Below are positions 58,650 to 64,000 of a stretch of 64,000 bases of DNA, piece by piece (positions within the stretch are counted from its first letter, which is position 1; every line of letters starts with the position of its first letter). The position numbers were made by a program, and so were the translations under genes. The notes under the pieces are model-generated. The model saw nothing but the letters and a program-made list of their open reading frames with translations. It made no database searches and was not told the DNA's origin. Origin of the DNA: Candidatus Latescibacterota bacterium (GTDB taxonomy: Bacteria > Latescibacterota > UBA2968 > GCA-2709665); NCBI GenBank assembly GCA_965219455.1, contig OZ244744.1:2912001-2976000 (forward strand), read 5' to 3'.

Positions 58650-61628
58650 TCAGGTTCCTTCCCCCGTCCCGGTAATCGTCGGTACGACGTATTCGTCGCC
58701 GGGATTGACGAGGTAGGTGTAGCCGCTGGCGAGATCGGTACCTTCCCTGAGACCCCTGACGATCGTAATGTCGCCCGTTGAGACGCCTCCGGTTGTGACG
58801 GCCGCGATCCGGTAGCTCGTGTCCATCGGCAAATCGTTCATGAAATGGATGGTTCGACCGGCGAGGTCGCGATTCCGTGGCAGGGGTGGATCGAGGTCGA
58901 TCAGATTGTTCGCCGGGTCGGAAGCGTCGATCCGCGCCACCTTCCCGCGCCAGGCGGCGCGTTCCGCCGTCAGTTCAACGGTGCCGAAGGCGAGTAACGT
59001 GCCGCCGACCATTCGCATCAGCTTTACTTCATCCCCGACCAGGCGGATCATTCCGAATGTGCCATTGAACGTGATCCCGCCTTCCACCGTGACTTCCATC
59101 GCCTCCTCGCAGCTGATCAGTATATCCGTCCTCCCTCCGGCCATCTCCACGGCCACGGCGGCAGCCTCGACCGCATCCCCATCGGGTCTCACCTCCAATT
59201 CGCGCACCCCAACGATGAACGGCCTGGTATCGTAGGGCTCAAGCACGTTGACAAACTGGCTTTGCAACGCCTCGCCCAGCCTGCTTTGGATGAGATACCT
59301 GGGCCGCTGCAGCCTTCGGGGCGAGTCCCCGGTGGCCAGCGCGACTTCGTCACAGGGCGTTAGCGCGTGCAGCCGAAGATGGGGTTCGCGGCCTTCCGGA
59401 ATTCGGCCGCGGATATCTTCGATCTTCCAGTCGACGGTGTAAGGCTGCTGAACCGGCCCGGCGGAGCGCGTCACGTCGTACAGGTAGGTGAAACCGCTCT
59501 CCTTGTAGAATTCAGCGTTCTCGCCCTCCAACGTCGCGAACGGAACATCCGGGCCCGCGAAGGTGCCGCCTTCCTGCCCGACAAGTTCAATGCCGGTAAC
59601 CTGCGCCGTTTCCGCCGCTCCGTGCCAGGAAAGACGGTGGTTCCTCCCGCCCCGCGCGCGGAACACATCCAGAACGTAGCTGTTGTTTTCGTCCACGTCC
59701 ACGAGCGCAACGGTGCGCCGGTAGGTTTGCAGGCCCACATAAGCGTCGTGCGCATCCACCTGTATGGCGCGCAACGGGGGTTCCACGGCGAAGAATTCGA
59801 TCTGCCCGCCCGGACTGTACTCCGACCCCGTATCGCCCACCACCAGCGTATTGTGGCTGATCGTGTTGGCCGTCCATGCATGTCGCTTCGGCCAGGATCC
59901 GGTATATTCGGGATAGCCCAGATCCGGAAAAATCGCGACGTTTTCCGCCAGCAATCCCAGGTTGAGACAATCGTGGTGCGAGTGCCCCTTGCCCTGTCCG
60001 TAGTGGATGAACACGGCCCGGCCATTCTCCGCTCTTTCGGTCTGGAGGTGCGCCTGTCCGTACCTGCCGAAGTGCTCGCTTTCCAGGCTGGCCGGACCCG
60101 TATGTCCGATCTTTCGTATTTCCCGGGTCAACGCGTCCGGATCCTTACGGTAAATGTCGCCTTCGAGGCGCAGGGATGACCCATGAGCCCCGTGCTCGTG
60201 CCACGCCAGGGCCGCGAAACGCGGGTCTCCGTACAGTCTGTACGCCAGGACATAGGTCTCGGCCGCGCCTTGCCGGCCCCACGCGCCCACGGCGCCGCTG
60301 TCTCCCGTGTTGGGCATCATCCCGTCCAGCACGTTTATCCGGGATTCAACGAGATAAGCCTGTTTGAGCTTCGGGTAATCCGCAACCAGGTTGTGTCTGG
60401 TATATTTGGGATAGTGCGACAGAATCTGTACGAGTTCCCGCATATGGCGGGTCCAGATGAGACCGTAACCGCCGCATTCTCCGCCCATGCCGTCCCGGTC
60501 GAGACCCTCGGTCAACACCCACGGTACGGGATCCTTCTGATTCGTGTGGTCTCCGGGAAACCCGGGATGGAACAGCCAGTCCAGCCACTCCGGCGTCAAT
60601 TCCGGGTCGTCCAATGCAATTGCAGCGGTGGCGAGGGAGGAGTGGTTCATGCCCGTGTTGCCGCTGATCCGGCCGTCCTTCACAGACTTGAGCGCTTCCA
60701 GCAACAGGTGATCGTGAATATGCCCGCAGATCGCGGCGGTGCTGTTCTTGTCCCCCAAGTTGTATTGTTTGGCATGTTCCGAGCAGAAGGACACCAGGTC
60801 GTCGTCGCCCTGGAGTCCGTCGAAGACGATATCGTAGCTCCGGGCAAGGCCCTGCGCGACGAACGTCTCCCAGATGCAACCTTCGATGCGGCCCCTTCCC
60901 GAACCGCCCTGGCTGTGCTGAAAACCGAGTTCGTGGAGTGGAAGGTAGTCCATCTCGGGATAGACGTCTGCGATCCGGTCCAGCAGCACGCCCGCCTTGT
61001 GGGCGTAGCGCCTGTCGTCCGTGAGGGCATAGGCATCCGCCAGCGCGGCAACGCCTCGCTGGATCCGGCGCCACACCGCCTCGAAATTGTAGTATGCGAT
61101 AATGTCGTGCCTGTTTCCCTGGTCGTCGAACATGCCATATCCGTCGTCTACATAGAGTTCGTGCATCGGATCGGCCGGATCGGGATGATCTGCATTGAAA
61201 AGCAGCGACCGGTCCCCCAACTCGCGCCGGAACATCCCCTGCGCGTCGAGGGCCGTCCCGTAGAACGCCCCGAAGTCGTTTTTCGGATAGACCTCCCTGC
61301 AGTGTTCGCACCAGATCTTCCACGGCCTGGCGTCGTCGAATTCCCACCATTCGCGCCCCGATTTCGCAGGCGCCTCCTCCCCGCAGCCGGGACAGTAGGG
61401 CTTCTGGCCCTTGTATGTCACGCCTTCGTTGGTGTAGATTGTCCGCGGTAACTCCTGTGCGGTTACCATATCCCACAACGCATCGTCCGTGCGGCCCACC
61501 CACTCCTCGGCAGCCGCAACCGCGCGTTCCTGCTGTTCCCGCGCCCAATCGTGCTTCGCTGCATTTGCCTGCGCGTTCGACCGCATCGCTGCACTGACGA
61601 ATCGGCTTCGCTTTTTCCCGTTTGACAT
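58650..61628 (-). CDS. Heparinase II/III-like protein
   Basis: VDDGYG, GH.H.D.L.L.L......PDLGYP, T.SHNT.VV, YRRT.ALVD, YV.D.FR..GG. Confidence 0.75.
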   Translation of the reverse strand: MSNGKKRSRFVSAAMRSNAQANAAKHDWAREQQERAVAAAEEWVGRTDDALWDMVTAQELPRTIYTNEGVTYKGQKPYCPGCGEEAPAKSGREWWEFDDARPWKIWCEHCREVYPKNDFGAFYGTALDAQGMFRRELGDRSLLFNADHPDPADPMHELYVDDGYGMFDDQGNRHDIIAYYNFEAVWRRIQRGVAALADAYALTDDRRYAHKAGVLLDRIADVYPEMDYLPLHELGFQHSQGGSGRGRIEGCIWETFVAQGLARSYDIVFDGLQGDDDLVSFCSEHAKQYNLGDKNSTAAICGHIHDHLLLEALKSVKDGRISGNTGMNHSSLATAAIALDDPELTPEWLDWLFHPGFPGDHTNQKDPVPWVLTEGLDRDGMGGECGGYGLIWTRHMRELVQILSHYPKYTRHNLVADYPKLKQAYLVESRINVLDGMMPNTGDSGAVGAWGRQGAAETYVLAYRLYGDPRFAALAWHEHGAHGSSLRLEGDIYRKDPDALTREIRKIGHTGPASLESEHFGRYGQAHLQTERAENGRAVFIHYGQGKGHSHHDCLNLGLLAENVAIFPDLGYPEYTGSWPKRHAWTANTISHNTLVVGDTGSEYSPGGQIEFFAVEPPLRAIQVDAHDAYVGLQTYRRTVALVDVDENNSYVLDVFRARGGRNHRLSWHGAAETAQVTGIELVGQEGGTFAGPDVPFATLEGENAEFYKESGFTYLYDVTRSAGPVQQPYTVDWKIEDIRGRIPEGREPHLRLHALTPCDEVALATGDSPRRLQRPRYLIQSRLGEALQSQFVNVLEPYDTRPFIVGVRELEVRPDGDAVEAAAVAVEMAGGRTDILISCEEAMEVTVEGGITFNGTFGMIRLVGDEVKLMRMVGGTLLAFGTVELTAERAAWRGKVARIDASDPANNLIDLDPPLPRNRDLAGRTIHFMNDLPMDTSYRIAAVTTGGVSTGDITIVRGLREGTDLASGYTYLVNPGDEYVVPTITGTGEGT

Positions 61629-61871
61629 GCCGTTGACCCCTTTCAGTTCGCAAGAATAAGTCGAATTTCAGGCCGCGTCCACGCCTAACCTGTTTTTAGA
61701 GAGGCCCGGAGCGCCTTTACCCGCGCACTTTGACGGACCGCTCGACGTGTATCGGGTCGCGGTATACGGGTTGAAATATACCCTGTGGAGGTTATATTAG
61801 GCGGGATTTCTGCGTTGCCAGCCGCCAGGACATGCCTTTATTCACGACGCACACAATCGGAGGAGAGCACG

Positions 61872-62609
61872 ATGAGCGAATCCACAGACCCAGGGAACGT
61901 TGAAAGCGGTCAAGAAATGGGGATTGGCGGGCGCATGGTCGGTGCCTTGTTTTCGCCCGGGCGGACGTTTGCCGCCGTTAATGCGCATGTCGAACACAGG
62001 GACTGGTATCTCCCCATGATCTTTATTGCAGTCGTCGGCATGTTTTCCGCTTACCTGCTGATGCCTACCGCACAGACGGCCGGGATGGAGGCCGTGCAGG
62101 AGCAACTCGCGAAAGATGAATCCCTTACGGAAGAACAGCGGGCGATGGCCCTGGAAAGCGCACAAAGGGTGATGGGCTTAGGCGCCGTTATCCTTCCGTC
62201 CATCGGTACGGCCGTGGCGATTGTTGTCCAGGCGGCAATTTTTCTCGCACTTTCGAATTTCGTATTCGGTGGCGACGGTACCTATAAAAAGACAATGGCC
62301 GTCGTGAGCTACAGCTCACTGGTGGCCATTCCCGCCGCGGTTATTACGGTGCTGCTTACCATGGCCACGGGCTCGACGACGTTCCAGGTCGGCCTGGGTC
62401 TGCTTGTGCCGGGATCCATGGAAGGGAGTTACATAAACCACTTCCTGTCCATGATCACCGTCTTCGCTGTCTGGAAGTACTTATTGATTGCGGTCGGTCT
62501 GGGGGCCGTTGCGGGTATTCGGACAAAGCTTGCGGGGATCGGCATTTTCGGACTCTGGATTCTCTATGTTCTTGCCGCCGCCGCCGCGCGGACCGCTGCG
62601 ACCATGTGA
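61872..62609 (+). CDS. Yip1 family membrane protein
   Basis: LFSP..TF, GG.G.Y.....V..Y, F..W...L...G; ATG after GGAGGAG. Confidence 0.8.
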   Translation: MSESTDPGNVESGQEMGIGGRMVGALFSPGRTFAAVNAHVEHRDWYLPMIFIAVVGMFSAYLLMPTAQTAGMEAVQEQLAKDESLTEEQRAMALESAQRVMGLGAVILPSIGTAVAIVVQAAIFLALSNFVFGGDGTYKKTMAVVSYSSLVAIPAAVITVLLTMATGSTTFQVGLGLLVPGSMEGSYINHFLSMITVFAVWKYLLIAVGLGAVAGIRTKLAGIGIFGLWILYVLAAAAARTAATM

Positions 62610-62816
62610 CGGCAGGGTACCTATATCACATAGAGCACCGACAGTTTACGTTATTACACATCATTGAAACGGCGCCCTGAGCCGCTCCCTGAGCTTGTCG
62701 AAGGGTGTCGAAGGGTCGGCGAAGGGTCAAAAACCCACCGAAACGCGGCCAGATCGTTGAGGTCTCGGATATACCGGGCACATTCAACCATCTGGCCGCG
62801 ATGTTTTTCTAAGCAA

Positions 62817-64000
62817 CTACGTCAATTGGTTTTCGATTATTTTTTCTATGTAGTCATATTGCTTGTTTCTTTCCTGAAACAAAATATGTGCCTTTGAGAA
62901 AAAGCGCTCGCGGTCCCAGGTACCATCGTCGTAAATCTTGAAAAGGTCGTCATAGGCAGTTGCCGAAACAATGTACGAATCCAGCGTAACGTCTTTCCGC
63001 TGGCTTCTCTCGCCAATCTCTTGGGCCAATTTCGGCAGTCTTGTGTGAAGCGTAGCTTTGTCGTCGTGTCGGTACGCGCTTGCGTGGCGCATACCGTGCG
63101 GCTCGACAAAGACGATGTGTTGTTTCTTTCCTTCTTTGATCCATAGGATGAAGTCCGGATAGAAGCCGCTCGACTCGAAAAAGCCGACGCCGGTACCCCG
63201 GCTCTGATTTCGCAGTAGAAATACCTCCTGTCCAGACAGTGTGCCGTCGTTCTCCTCCATCCAGTAGTCCTTCAAATCCTTCACAAACCGTTTCTCGCTA
63301 TGATTCAATGCGGGAGGAGTCGTCTTGAGATTTTCATCCTCTGCCTCAAGGAGTAGCGGCTGATAGAGATGCCGGTCAAAGTGGAGGCGCGGCAACTCAT
63401 CTGTTTCCTTTTCGTAGAGGCGCTCGCAGTCGGAAATCAACTCTTCGATCTTCTCCATTAATTCGCGCTTGGAGCGCTTGATACTGACAACGTACTGGCC
63501 CTTGTCCTCCGACTCACGGCCAAAGCTCAGATTCGGATCGCGCTCGTCGAGGGTCTTGTACACCATCTGTTTCGACTCCCAGCGATCCCGGTGTACGCGG
63601 TAGAATGCATCAACGTATTTTTGCAGAATTGAAGTTACGGCTTTCTGAAGACGTTCCACGTCCGTAAATGACTGAGGTCGTACGACCGCCTCATCGGCAA
63701 TCAGGCTGTAGCGCTCGCCGTCCACCATAATCCGTTGCGGTGCGTCAGGCAATATGCACAAATTGCTTAGGCCCTTCTGTTCCTTATATTCGATCAGGTC
63801 GAGATAGGCCTGTTGCCAATCTACTAGGTCCAGGCTCTCATGGGGCAGCACCCGCTCGTCTCCAAAGTGTGCGTCGGAGGTCAATACTCCGTCTTCGCTG
63901 CTTTCCAGCGACTGAACCTTTAGCGACAAGTCGACCCTTACTTTCCTTAATTCGGAATCCGGCTCCAGGAGACGACTTTGAGTCTTGACGAATTCGCCAC
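62817..64000 (-). CDS. Type III restriction Res-subunit-like protein, C-terminal part (runs off window)
   Basis: HLYQPLL, LN.SE..FV.DL, LLRN..G.G.GFF....FYPDFILW......FVEPHG; frame open to window edge. Confidence 0.75.
   Translation of the reverse strand, partial: GEFVKTQSRLLEPDSELRKVRVDLSLKVQSLESSEDGVLTSDAHFGDERVLPHESLDLVDWQQAYLDLIEYKEQKGLSNLCILPDAPQRIMVDGERYSLIADEAVVRPQSFTDVERLQKAVTSILQKYVDAFYRVHRDRWESKQMVYKTLDERDPNLSFGRESEDKGQYVVSIKRSKRELMEKIEELISDCERLYEKETDELPRLHFDRHLYQPLLLEAEDENLKTTPPALNHSEKRFVKDLKDYWMEENDGTLSGQEVFLLRNQSRGTGVGFFESSGFYPDFILWIKEGKKQHIVFVEPHGMRHASAYRHDDKATLHTRLPKLAQEIGERSQRKDVTLDSYIVSATAYDDLFKIYDDGTWDRERFFSKAHILFQERNKQYDYIEKIIENQLT

Noticed and set aside
56582-58866. DGR template/variable repeat pair (copy of a gene's 3' end)
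   Set aside because: Mismatches involve all four bases rather than adenines only, and there is no reverse transcriptase in the window.

Overview
GC-rich bacterial chromosome segment. The gene content (GWxTD/TPR proteins, Kelch lipoproteins, heparinase II/III-like lyases, palindrome-packed intergenic DNA) suggests a Latescibacterota/Gemmatimonadota-like, possibly host-associated organism; this is inference only. 1-25 kb is a surface-protein region: GWxTD-TPR paralogs alternate with Kelch-repeat lipoproteins, then a lower-GC islet (RelE/HigA-type TA pair, XRE gene with a palindrome array upstream, intact IS1380), then four tandem Kelch lipoprotein genes with hypervariable loops, each followed by one copy of a ~46-bp palindromic unit. 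25-64 kb holds metabolic genes, recJ, a PspA-DUF4178 / DUF350-SpeE module split into two convergent halves, two large lyases, cutC, two TA modules apparently fused by a toxin-removing deletion, an amide-hydrolase cluster, a duplication around yihY and the 3' end of a type III restriction Res-like gene. At least seven families of dispersed intergenic repeats are present, one with a covarying stem around a fixed-length variable core. No rRNA, complete tRNA or CRISPR array was seen. All product calls come from motif recognition by eye, not database searches.
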